A stretch of 64,000 nucleotides of DNA from Blasia pusilla (lineage: Eukaryota). Shown here piece after piece: positions 1-12,587 of the stretch; position 1 is the first letter of the stretch, and the number at the start of each line of letters is the position of its first letter. The position numbers were made by a program, and so were the translations under genes. The stretch is from contig CM114271.1 of assembly GCA_050084515.1 (NCBI GenBank), positions 41,974,001-42,038,000 on the forward strand. Direction: 5' to 3'. The notes beneath the pieces were generated by a model. It had not been told where the DNA came from, did not search any database, and saw only the letters and a program-made list of their open reading frames with translations.

Positions 1-1835
1 GCACACTTTAGGTGTTACTTGTTTGGCACACAGTTTACCCTTGTTATTGATCACCAGCCGCTCAAGTGGTTGATGGAGTCTGACAAGCTTAAAGGGAAGC
101 TTGCACGTTGGGCTCTTATCTTACAAGAGTATGACTTCCAGGTGGTACATAGACCTGGAGTTGCCAACCTTGATGCTGATGGGTTGAGTAGGAACCCATG
201 TACTAGCCAAGAGGATGCAACTGGGGCTAGATGGCATGGCGAGGTTGATGAGGAGATGATGCCAGGTTGGCATGCATCCGCCTTTTTATGTTGGTTAGGG
301 GTGGACTCTAGTATGGAGGACCACATGACATCTTACTCTAGTCAGAGGGTAGATGGCCAGCCTTTAGATCCTAAGGTTGGAGATGGTGGTACGGATCAGC
401 ATGATATTCATGATGATGCGTTGGTGTTGGAGTTCCTACAGACCAGCAGGGTGCTAAGCATAGTGAGTGCCAAGGAGCGAGACCGTGTTCTTCAACGTGC
501 TAAGAGGTATTGATTGGAGGGAACACATATTCTCCGTGTGTGGGAGGATGGTAGAGTACGAGTAGTGCCGCATTTGGTTCAGTGAGAGCGCATTGTGCGA
601 CATGCCCATGAGGAGTTGGGACATTTTGGGATAAATCGTATATATAGCTTATTCCTTGGTCAGTATTGGTGGCATGGCATGCATACTCAGGTGCACCACT
701 TGGTGTTACGTTGTATGGTTTGTGACCGGCTGAGGGCATCATTCAATGCCCCTACACCATAGCTACATCCCTTGCCTGTTATGGGGTTGGGTTACCGTTG
801 GAGTGTGGGCTTTGCCGGACCGTTACCGTCGACTGTACGACATTATCGATATGTGTTGGTGATGGTGGAGCACTTCTCCAAGTGGATTGAGTTGGTGGCA
901 TTACCTGACAAGGCAAGTGAGGGAACTTCATATGCGTTTCTTGATAGAGTGCTTAGTCATTTTGGTGCACCATTGAAGTCTTGACCGACCAGTCTGAGTT
1001 TGAGTGAGTTTTAGGTCTTGTGTGACAAGGCGTTGATTGATCATCGGACCACGTCTCAAGATCATCCAGAGGCGCATGGTTTGGCTGAGCGTGTGGTTCA
1101 GACGGTGAAGAGGGCATTGCGCAAGTATGGCCTACAGAAGGGGCATCTTGGAGACTGGGATATTCAGTTGCCATGGTTAGCCATGGGGTATAGGTTCACT
1201 TGCCAAACATCCTTGGCTTCCTTCTCACCTTATTTTCTGTTATACGGCCGAGATCCAGACTTGCCCGCAGCAATTCGTTGGGAGTCTAGTCAGGTGGTGA
1301 ACCTTGATGACCCAGAGATGTGGATGAGAGTGTGTTTCTGGCGAGCTCTTTCGGAGAGTTATGCCACATGACCTTTGAGAATCTTGCCATTGCTCAACAC
1401 AAGGATACGCTGCGGTATGCAACCATTCGGGGTGGAGGTTATCGACCATCGATTTGTAGGTTCTATGTGGGGGACTATGTCTATTTGCAGCAGATTGCAT
1501 CGACAACGTTGGATGTGACGGCAGGCCGCACTATTTTACGAGTGCGCGAGGTGTTAGCTTCTGGAGTTCTCATGTTGGAGGGTCGTGATGGAGCTTTTTG
1601 GAAGGACCATGTGCGTAATTGTGCGCCATGTCATCTTCCAAATGTGGATGGTACTGTTGATCCAAGCTTAGCCATGATACGTGCTAGCTTGAGGTGCATG
1701 TTGTGTGGGTCTACTGGTAACGTAGCCCGTATGTTGGTGTGTGATCGGTGTTCTAGGGGTTGGCACATGATGTGTTTGACTCCACATATGGATGTTGTTC
1801 CTACTGGAAGGTGGATTTGTCCTCGATGTACTTAG
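1..1835 (+). mobile_element. Ty3/Gypsy pol 3' part (RNase H end, integrase, C-terminal PHD finger), disrupted by stops and frameshifts
   Basis: RNase H end FTLVIDHQPLKWL...LARWALILQEYDFQVVHRPGVANLDADGLSR. Integrase motifs: HEELGHFG, VMVEHFSKWIE, HPEAHGLAERVVQTVKRALRK, FSPYFLLYGR. C4HC3 finger CMLC...VCDRCSRGWHMMCL...WICPRC before the stop at 1835. RH-INT order indicates Gypsy. Confidence 0.93.
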
Positions 1836-1997
1836 GAGAGGTAGATGACTTGATCTTTGCATGATATGGATTACAAATGTGCGACTAACGATGGGGCAAC
1901 CTAGCACCCGGCCTCCTGATTCGTGCACCCAAGAAGGTAGATAGCATGTAGTAGATGTATAGGGCTACTTGGGAGTTAGAGGGACCTAACCGCGAGT

Positions 1998-2589
1998 TAA
2001 GGGGGCGAGTTGAGGTACACTTGTGTTTGTGGATGCTCTCGTCTATGTTATGTATATATGTGAGTATGGTATGTCAGCGATGTATGTTGTATGACGATGT
2101 GGATTCACACGACAGTTGTCATGACCATACGGATTATGTCGTAGAATATAGTGTGCTAGTAGAGGCCATACCTTATGTAAGGCCACAGTGTCTAAGTAGA
2201 GATGCGGTTTCATACATAGGGTTGGGGGTTACTTAGTTGAGGGTGACTTTTCCAGTAGGGCCCGCTCTTAGGTTGGAGGATATAGTGTGGAGTGCACTCA
2301 AAGAACAGTTAGTTCTTTGAGTTGAGCTGTTGCTTTGGGAGTTAGCCTTGGTAGTGAGTAGAGTTCTTGGCTATGGTGGTTCCCGCAAGCTTTGACCTGG
2401 ATTCTCCCATCGTAGAGTGGGTTTGGCTCGATTGTATGTGATTCTATACGTGTTTTATGATAGTAGGTCTTTCACGGATTTCAGTTGTGGTACACTTGTG
2501 TTTGTGGATGCTCTCGTCTATGTTATGTATGTATGTGAGTATGGTATGTCAGCGATGTATGTTGTATGACAATGTGGATTCGCACGACA
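1998..2589 (+). repeat. Gypsy PPT, a partial LTR (2011-2114) and a full LTR (2117-2589)
   Basis: Purine tract AAGGGGGCGAGT precedes TG at 2011. 2011-2114 is a near-identical copy of 2486-2589. The full LTR starts TGTCATGA and ends CACGACA (imperfect inverted termini). Confidence 0.75.
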
Positions 2590-3464
2590 GCCCCCCTATC
2601 CCCCCAACACGTGGTTGGGAGCGCCATGGTTGGCATCTTCTCGACGTGGTAGACGGGGTACGTAGTCGATAGTTGGACGTGGTACGGAGTGGATTTGGTA
2701 GGAGCGGATGTAGTAGGGGCCAAGGTGGATGTAGAAGGGCGACGTGGTAGAGGCATGGGTGATGTGATAAACGGGCATGGTTGAGTTCGGACGGGGTTGA
2801 CTTGAGGTTGCGGGGCGCATCTAGGTGTGGAAGGAGAGATTTTCATGACGTGATCTTTTTCAGGCGTGGTTGGGGTTTGCAAGGATTCTGATGGAGACAT
2901 ACATACCGATGCTCACGGGAGGTTCAACGTGGTGGTCGAGGAGAGTGTTGTGCTACGGAGGCTGTCATATCACATAGAGGGGTGGGTGTTGACGATGCCG
3001 TAGGTTGGAGGGCGTGATCAGGTTACCCATTCAAGTCCCTTTTCCCACACTTATCTTATGTGATTGAGAGTGCTGGGTGTCGGGTAGTTACTAGGGCTAG
3101 ATGGGTGTAGCAATGGTGATGAGTGTAGTCTCCATGCATGTGTAGCATGTCTTTGGATATACGGTGGTTGCCACGTATGGGTCACGTGTATGACCCGAGA
3201 GTGTCAATGGTTTAGATGAGTTAGTTGGGAGGCTCATGGTGAGTGCTTGAGCGGGTGAGAGAGGGTTGTCATCACGGCGTTCTTCTAGGGTTTGGAAGAA
3301 CAGGGTAGTGCGAGCAGTAGTAGTGGTGTGACACGAAGTGGAGTGAGATATCGAGGGGTTACGAGTGAGGAGCTACCTTGACATCCATCCGTGGCTAGAT
3401 CGACATCACTAGACACCGGTCTGGTGACAAAATCGCAAACAGAGGCAGTGTCACTTGGCAGGAG

Positions 3465-4015
3465 ATGGACGACATGGGCCATCAGAGCATGCATCGTTTC
3501 TCGGGTGCAGTGGGCATCATCGACTTAGATGATTTTATCCAAGAGTTCGACACGTGGTGCAACTTCCAAGAGATACGGACCCTGACCCGGTTCAACCCTT
3601 TAATGGCATGGAAGGGGTTGTTCCAACACTTGGAGGGTCCTCCAATGGATGACTATATGGAGTTTCAATTGATGTATTTAGTAGAGGTCGATGCCTAGAG
3701 GATGTATTGGGCTCCAGGGTATGTATCCACTAGTGGTCGTGAGGCATATGATGGGATTGTAAGAGGAGAGAGACCGTGCCCATCAGCTTGGAGACTAGAT
3801 GGAGAGGAGGGTGGTGAGACAGGTGATGTGGCAGAGACCTTTGGTGGTAGAGGGCCATCCAGCTTCAGTCCCAAGTGGAGTTCTTTCGATAGTTGGGGAA
3901 GGGCTACTAGGACGTTTGCACGGACAAGCTGAAGAGTCTACAGGATTTTCAGCGATGATCGGGTGAGAGTTTGAGAGAGGCATTCACGCGCATGAGGAGA
4001 CTCATCATTACTACT
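3465..4015 (+). mobile_element. Gypsy gag-like fragment, truncated
   Basis: HRFSGAVGIIDLDDFIQEFDTWC...LFQHLEG resembles a retrotransposon capsid N-terminus. It lies after the LTR and a leader, contains stops, and ends at an abrupt switch to AT-rich sequence near 4015. Confidence 0.55.
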
Positions 4016-4539
4016 TTTAGGGTTTGGAATTTTAAGTTTTTTTTGGGACATCATTTGGCTTCGAAAAAAATTCCGCATCATGAGGATCTAGAGATTCATG
4101 CCCTCACAAAGTTTCAGGTTTTGTGGAGGTATTTTGATGAGGTTGTGTCTACATGACCTCACCGGATACGTGACCTTAAACCTTCCCAAAGCATCTCTAG
4201 AAATATAGCTTTATGTGCTTGAATATATTTCACAAGATATGCACTTTAACATATTCAACCAATAAAGAATTTATGTTATTTAACTTTTTAAGGAAGGTAT
4301 TTTTTCCTTTGGGAATATTTATTTATTTATTAAATATATATCTAAAATATAATTTTTTTCTGCAATTTTTACGCCTTGCTTTTTTCTACTTGGATTTTGG
4401 ATTGTGTCATCCCTTGCTTACGTACCAACGCGGAATGGGCAAAAAAAAAACCCTATCTTAGCGGTCAGTACTTCCAAAATTTAGCCATTTTTTAATTAAA
4501 GTGCCCCTATCTTTGCTCGCATAGGGGCAAGTAATCCAA

Positions 4540-7500
4540 TGAAGAGTAAAGTCCCTGAGTTTTGGATCAGACAAGGCGAGCACCATGATTGGTAGTAGAA
4601 ATGGGATAAGTTCCTGCTTGAAGAGGAATGTGAACCTTACATGACAAGTGTTCATTGTGTGGCACACCAGAAAAACTTAGCTACTCTTGATGCAACAACA
4701 AGTCCACGGTGCAAGAATCTTAGTGAAAAGGTAGATAACATTTTGATTATGTTTCTTTTTATTTCAAGAGAAGTTCAAAGCGTAAGTCTAGCCTTTCTTC
4801 TTTACAAGAAAAGATCAATGATTCTAGGAAGTCATGAAACGATATAGAAGGTGAGATGGCTTACGTCATGGCAAGTGATGAACTCTTTGTGTGACAATTT
4901 AAAATCTGTCATGGTTTACTTTTCTAATGTGAATCCCAAGGAAGATGATGGAGTAGCTTCTCTTCTTCTTAAGAGGCTGAAGTCCTTCAAAATGACTTAT
5001 GTCATTTTTTTTCTCGTCAACATACTTCATTCTATAGCAATGTTGAGCAAGTTACTTGAGACGAAGTTTGTGGATATATCTTCTATAGCTTCTATTGGTT
5101 AGACTGAGGTGGCGCATGTTAGAATGAACTCTATATATTAAAGTGTAGATATGAATGTCTGTCTCATATCTCAATCTATAGGTTTTCATCATCTTCCCCA
5201 TTATGGTCCTAGTGATGGATACATGTGGCGTTTGCAATAAGAGATTTGGAGCTCCTTCTTTCATTCAATCCAAACGGATAGGGATATCATAAGAGAAGAT
5301 TTAGAAGAAGCTCCTTTTTTCTTCAGAGGGATTTTGTTGAGGCTATATGTGTAACTTTGCCATAAAGGTTTGAAGATAATGACATCATTGGGGTTTTAAG
5401 ATCCTCAATCCAATCCATATGCCTTCTAGCATATCTGCTCTACGAGATTGGGATGTGAGGGAGTTGGAAATATTGAGTAGTTTCTATGGACAAGAAAAAA
5501 CCTTGCATGGGATAGTTAAAAGGCCTCTTTTATATTGAAGATTGAGTTACAGTCAAGCTTATGAGACACCTGAGCTGCTATATTTGGTATTCACACAAAG
5601 TAGGGTATCTTAATTTTGGTTAGTCAGTTAAGCGTGATTATCTTAACTAGGTTAGTTAATCACAGTTAGTCTAACTTGAGACTATGGTTAAGATTAGGGT
5701 TAGGGTTGCTTGTACATACCCTATATAATTGAGAAGGGGACTAGCCTCCACTCATTCTCTCATTGCAAAATTTCGTTTTCCATGGTGGTGTGTGAGTGTG
5801 AGAGCCGTTTTCCACCAATTATGCTTGTTTAGCAGTTTTCTACATGGTATCAAAGCTACACATCACTTGAAATTCTTGGTGTTTGAGGAGAGAAGAGAGG
5901 CAAGAGATGGCACAATTTCAGTTTGAGAGAAGGAAATTTTGTTTAGAGATCAGTGGGTGCATACTTCAGGTGGAGCTTTAATGCTAATAAAACTTTGGAG
6001 TCATTTTTTAGGGCTTTCCCAGTCGATTTAGCCATCTGGGTCTGCATCGGTTAGAACAACACTGAAATCTTGTTTTAATAGTCTTTTAGAACCCGTTGAG
6101 AGCTTTCCAACCCATCCAAAATTGCTTGATTCTGACATTCTCAGCTCTTGCAGTAGCAATTTCAGTGTAGGAAAGCACAATTAGTGAAGAAAAGTTGTGT
6201 AGTTTGATCTCTACCAGCCAATTTTGACTAGTTCTTTCATACAGTTGATCAATTTTGGAAAATTTTAGGTCGATATTTGTGTAAGAGTGGTCTATGCTTC
6301 AATTGGAGTAGTGAAAAAACCTGAAATTACGTTTTTATGAGTGAAATCGTTGGTCATGGAGTATTCCTTATCAACATTCACAAGTGAGAAGCTAGATAAG
6401 CAGAATAACAATGTCTGGAAATTTTGCATGAAAATTTCTCATGGATCAAGAACTATGGGAGCATATCACATATGATGAGGCCAAGCTAGAAGGTGACTCA
6501 ACACACTTGAATGTTCGCGCTTGGAACAAACGCGCAAGGCAAGTAATCCGCTATATTTCAATAACTATCAATTCGCCAATGATAGGTCATATTCAAGATG
6601 TTGATATTTCGAAGGAGGCCTAGGATGCATTGGAAAAGATGTTCAAGACATCTACAAAGGCCAAAAAGCTTCAATTGAAACAGCAATTGAATAAAATGAG
6701 GAAAGGATCGCAGAGCATCAATGATTATATTTTGAGTATCAGACATATTTTCGATCAATTAAATAGCATTGGAGTGACAGTAGAAGATGATGATCTGATT
6801 TTGTTCACTCTTCAAGTCCTTCCAAAGGATTACAAATCCTTTGAGATCTCTGTCTCTGTGAGAGAGAAGTATACAACCTTTCAAGAGTTAGTCCTACTGT
6901 TAATCAGTAAAGATATGCGCCTAGTAGGCAGCGCTAGCTCGTCTAGTCTACAAGAGAGTGCGTTATTTGCAAGTTATGGATCAAATAGAGGTAGAGGTCA
7001 TGGTAGAAGCTTTTGTGGTCATGTTGGACATCAAATATATGGAGGAAGAGACACTCAATATAATGTCACTCAATCAACTACGAATCAATATTAGACACAA
7101 TCACAAGATAAAAATGGTGGAAACCGTTGGGGTCGAGGTCATCAGCAGGAAGATCCATGGATCTTGCAATTATTGTGGGATAAAGGGTCACTATGCAAAG
7201 TTTTGCTTCAAGAAGAAGGAAAATATGAGAACAAGATCCTTACAACAACAAAACTATGTGAAATAACAACATGAAGGATAATACCAAGAACAACAAGATT
7301 CACAAACTGAGCATCTCTTGGTCATAACCCATCTTATGGTCAAGAAAGACTCGATAGCAGATTAGTACATTGACTCTGATGCATCAAATCACATGACCTC
7401 ACAAGCTAAATTGTTCAGTATTATGGAGCCGGTGAAAGATCTTGCAATTGTGCTCACAAGAGATGACACTCGGCATCATATCATGCAAAGTTCCAATAGC

Positions 7501-10500
7501 ATCAAATAGTCTTTGTGCTCTTGGAAATGTTATCTATGTTCCTACCAGTGCAAGAAACTTGATCTCTGTAGGACAGATAGTAGAACCAGATTATCAAGTG
7601 AAGTTGAAGACATACGGTTGTTCCATTGAAACAATGGATGACCAGACTATGACAGGCAAAGGAACTAGATCTGGCAGAATATTCAAATTAGATGTTTTTA
7701 TGCCAGAGATTCAAAATGTCACAAATCTAAATGTGTGGCATAAGAGAATTGGACATATGAATTTTCAAAGATTACAAAGTCTTTCATCATCTAATATAGT
7801 AATAAGACTTCCTAAATTAGCGAGTCCTACTATGTTAGAGGTATTTCCTGCTTGTCAATTTGGAAAAAAAGCTAGATTTCCTTTTCCAAAGTAAGGTAGA
7901 AGAGCATCCAAGATATTGGAGTTAATCCACAGTGATGTGTGGACAACATCACAACATAGCCTTAGTGATTGCCAGTGCTTTGTTTCATTTATTTATGACT
8001 TCTCTAGGTATATATGGATATATTTTCTAAAAGCCAAGTCAGAGGTATTCTCAATGTTCCAAACATTCTGAAATTGCGTCATGATGGAGGAGGAGAATAT
8101 CTTTCAACAGAGTTTGATGACAACTTACCTCAAAATGGCATCCAACGCAAATGAGTTATCACTACACTCCACAAAAAATGGAGTCGCTAAGAGGAAGAAT
8201 CATCATATTATTGAGGCGGCACGAGCTATGCTGAATGAGAAGAATATGCCTAAGGTATATTGGGCAGAGGCTGTAGCTTGTGCAGTCTTCTTCATCAACC
8301 GAACTCCAATAGCATGAATTCATGATAAGACTCCATTCAAAGTCTTCATAGGAAGTAAACCTGATTTTTCCTTCGTGAAAGTATTTGGTTGTATTTGTTA
8401 TGCTTAAGTTCCTTCTGAAAGACGTCAAAAATTAGACCCCACATATGAAAGATGTATATTCATTGGCTACACTGATGGAAATAAAGGATATAAGTGCTAC
8501 ATTCCATCCTCTAGGCACCTTATTATTAGTCGCGATGTTATCTTTGATAAGCTAAAGTCATGGTATGCTCCATCTGAGCCTATTCCACCTCTAAACTCTT
8601 CTGTTGAGGGGGAGAATACGACTGTAAATCAACAGACATTGCCTTCAAATTCCCCAAGTACTATTGTAGGATTAGGAGAGGTTCTAGATTCGTCAGTTAA
8701 ATCTGTGAGTCCATGGACGGGAAGAGTACGTATTCAATGTGTTGACACTAGTCAGAGCTTGAGTCAAGTGTTAGAAGCATCTACCTCTGAACAACAACTT
8801 CGTAAATCAAATAAAGTCACACATCCCGTTCATAGATTTATAAATGAAGGTTTCCTTGCCACACATCATGCATATATGATGACTACCCTTCAAAAATAAG
8901 AGCGAGTTATTTTGAAGAAGTTACAAGTAAAGTCGAATGGATTGAAGTTATGGAGGAAGAGCTTGTTGCATTAAGACATCAACAAATTTGGAAGTTGGTT
9001 GATATACCTTCTGGTAAGGAAGGTATTGGTTGCAAATGGATTTACAAAATCAAGCGCAATCAAGATAATACAGTAGTTAACAGATACAAAGCGATATTGG
9101 TGGCTAAGGGCTATGCACAACAATATGGCATCGATTATGAGGAAATATTTAGCCATGTTGCGAAGATGGCGACTACGAGAATAGTGGTTGTAGTTGCAAT
9201 AAGTAAGAAGTGGAGATTACATCACATGGACGTCAAGAATGCCTTCTTGAATGGAGATCTATATGAGGATATATATATATATGACTCAACCACTTGGATA
9301 TGAGTGTCTTGAGTTTCGCGTATGCAGGTTGAAGAAAGCTCTATACGGGCTCAAAAAAGCTCCAAGAGCTTGGTATGGCAAGATTACTTACGTCCTACAA
9401 GAATTGGGTTTTAGGAGATGTGATTCGGACTCCTCGTTATATATCTTGAGAGGACAAGATCATATGGTTATCATCGTGTTGTATGTTGATGACCTCTTGA
9501 TTACTGGGAGTACTGAGGATATGGTACAACAAGTCAAGCTAAAATTACAAGCAGAATTTGATATGAAGGACTTGGGAGAACTCAAGTACTTCCTTGGATA
9601 TTGAGTTTATCAAGGTTGGAGAGAGCATGTGGTTACTACAATGACAATATGCTCTTCACATGCGTTCAAAATATGGTATGACGGCTTGTAAGCCAATCTC
9701 TATACCGTTGGACCAGAGTGTGAAGCTAAGAGTGGATGAAGGAGAGTTTCTTGTAGATTCTAATATGTACATGCGCATGGTTGGAAGTTTGATCTATGTG
9801 ACTATTACCAGGATAGATTTGAGCTATGCTGTTGGCTTAGTGATCCAATTTATGCAAACACCTTGAAAACCTCACCTTGATGTTGTGAGGAGGATTATGC
9901 GGTATGTGAAATTCTCTGTTCAATTTGCGCTTCAATTTGAACCTTCTCCAAGTTTACAATTACAGGGATTCACAGACGTTGATTAAGCAAGAAGCGTGTT
10001 TGATCGACATTCCATATCTGGTATTTCATTTGCTTTAGGGAGCGCTGTTATAAGTTGGGCTTCAAAGGAGCAACGTACATTTGCTTTATCTTCAACAAAG
10101 GCTTCTTATAGAGGAGCAACTAATGCAGCATGTGAGACGGTGTGGCTTCATCAATTACTTGTTAAGATTCGTATTAGTAACTTAGGACGTAGTGTAATAT
10201 ATGCAGACAATATTAGTAGCATCGAACTTACTAATAACTCAGTGTTTCATGCTCGTACAAAGCATGTTGAGATGCACTATCATTTTATCAGAGAGAAAGT
10301 GCTTGCATGAGAAATTGATCTTATGTATATAGGTATAGATCAGCAAATTGCTGACATCTTTATAAAGGCATTGTCTAGAGATAAGTTTGAGATGTTTAGA
10401 AACGATTTAGGCACTAGCGATATCGATATGAGCTTGAGGGGGAGTATTGAAGATTGAGTTACAATCAAGCTCATGAGACACCTGAACTCCTATATTTGGT

Positions 10501-11202
10501 ACTCACACAAAGTAGGGAATCTTAATCTTGGTTAGTCAGTTAAGCGCGATTATCTTAACTAGGATTAGTTAATCAGAGTTAGTCTAACTTGAGACTATGG
10601 TTAAGATTAGGGTCAGGGTTGCTTGTACATATCCTATATAATTGAGAAGGGGACCAGCCTCCACTCATTCTCTCATTGCAAAATTTCATTTTTCATGGTG
10701 GTGTGTGAGTGTGAGAGCCGTTTACCACCAACTTATGCTTGTTTAGCAGTTTTCTACATTTTAGATAGTGCAACTCTCAGGAAAGAATTTGCAGCCTTCA
10801 AAATTCAAGCCATGAAAGAATGGAAGGAAAGTCCTTCAACTACTTGTGGTTTATGGTAAGTTGTAGTCCTTCTTTGAAGATGAAGTATGCTAATCTTTGT
10901 GCTTATGTGATGTAGCTAGAGTAAAATGTGTCTCAACATCAACATGTGAAAGAGTTTTTAGTATTCAAAATGTCATTAAGAATCGGTTGAGGAATAACTT
11001 CATTTCTCATCACTTAGAAGCTTTGATGAGGTTTAACATGGAGGAACCATGTGAGAATTTTGAGGTTGATGATGTTCTGATATCCATTGTGGATACATGG
11101 AAACGTTCAAAAGATTATATATTTTTGTATGCTAATCTAAATTTGTACATTGTTTCCCTTGTTCAACGTGCTAAGGAAGGTGAGACTAATTCTACCCCTT
11201 AA
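4540..11202 (+). mobile_element. hAT-superfamily (ZNF862/KIAA1586-like) transposase pseudogene split by a Copia insertion
   Basis: GSDKASTMIG...SVHCVAHQKNLA and VRWLTSWQ lie before the Copia. The C-terminal dimerisation motif STSTCERVFSIQNVIKNRLRN lies after it. TIRs were not identified. Confidence 0.8.
5533..10758 (+). mobile_element. Full-length decayed Ty1/Copia LTR retrotransposon
   Basis: LTRs at 5533-5844 and 10445-10758. TSD TTTTA at 5528-5532 and 10759-10763. PBS TGGTATCAAAGC (tRNA-iMet type) at 5845. PPT TTGAGGGGGAG. Domains: gag zinc knuckle CNYCGIKGHYAKFC, protease IDSDASNHM, integrase WHKRIGH and NGVAKRKN, RT LYVDD, RNase H RTKHVEMHYHFIRE. Many stops and frameshifts. Confidence 0.97.
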
Positions 11203-12587
11203 TCCTAGTTTCTCTTTGATATCATTACATTTTGTAAATCTATATTATTATTAGAGAGTGCTTCTTCATTTTGAGATGACCTCTCCTATTGACACGTGTC
11301 TTTTTTAACCAATAGAATCAATGGTTGACTAAGCCAATAGGATCGCTCAAATTCAATTGTACACTTAGAATGGGTAATTCAAAATTATACATTGCGCATA
11401 GCACAAACATTAGCCAATCTTATACAATTTGGAATTTGTTATCTTCTTTAGGCTCTAACCCTTCCTACAAAGAGTATTCACTATATGAATACTCTTAGCA
11501 CTTATGGCCTCCAACAGAGGGGGAATCCCAAGTAACAACAAATTAAGTTCTCTAGTATCTCACAATCAAATTAGAAAACTATCTTAGAATGGAATTGTAA
11601 TGATCAAAGATGATGAAAAAAATTACGAAAAAATTGATATGTTGCCCACGAATGCATTTTTTTAATTTAATTACCATTAAATAACACCCATTAACCATAC
11701 TCCACACCTAAGTATTAGGAAGGCAACGGATGATAATATATCAAAACCGAAAAAAATTCCGCTAAAAAACTGATATGCCCCAAAATACTGCCCGAGCTCG
11801 AGCCCTGAGTACCGGGTAGGAAAGTACGTGTACAGCAGCATGAGAGCGGACAGGAAAGGCGAGGAGATGCAACGAGAGCAATCGCGGATCGACCTCGTGG
11901 ACGTATGTCGGTGGCGAGTCCGGCGACAGGGCCAGCACACCGGTAGATTCGATGCGTTCCCTGTCAAGGACATCGGTCGTCCGTTAATAGATCTGGTGCC
12001 GGAACTCCCACCCGCAGCTGGCAGCCCGGGAAGCAGCAGTGACATGAATTGGCGTGGCGCTCGTGAGTGCGTAGGGAAGCTGTACCTTTTCGATTAACTT
12101 TACAGGCGGATGTTGGGGCACCCGGTAGATTTTTGTGTCGATGAGATCGGGGGCGAATTTTGCAGTAGGGCGGGTGGATCGGTCGGGCGTCTCGGTGTAC
12201 CCATCGAAGACTAGAGTGGAGAGCGGTAAGTGACGAGCGGTAGGGTTGACGGAGGTGTGCGTTGTTTTATTGTTGTCATTGTGCGGGGTTTCTGGCGTTG
12301 ATTGTGCTCCGGAATTGGATCTTGTTTGATGAAGATATTTAAAAAAATTTGTTGTGGAGCATTTGGATGCTTTCTCGCCTCTCAGTCGAAGTGTTTATGG
12401 CTTCACTTCAGTTGCCTGTATCCACTTTCCAGGTTGTGTTCTTCTGAAGCATCGGATTTGTGGCTTTGTGTTCAGGTAGTAAATTCGTAGTTTAGTTGGT
12501 GCTGCCGGGATCCTGAGCTTGAGGACGTAAATTTTGCAACTAGTACGGAAAATTGAATCGGGCAGCGTTTTCGGCCTGTGGAGCAGT

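Noticed and set aside
1955-2900. ORFs 1955-2236, 2457-2672 and 2523-2900
   Set aside because: They are chance frames across the LTR and leader. The shared peptide only reflects the LTR duplication.
11677-12097. ORFs upstream of RAB21
   Set aside because: No recognisable motifs. Better explained as a GC-rich promoter or 5'UTR region.
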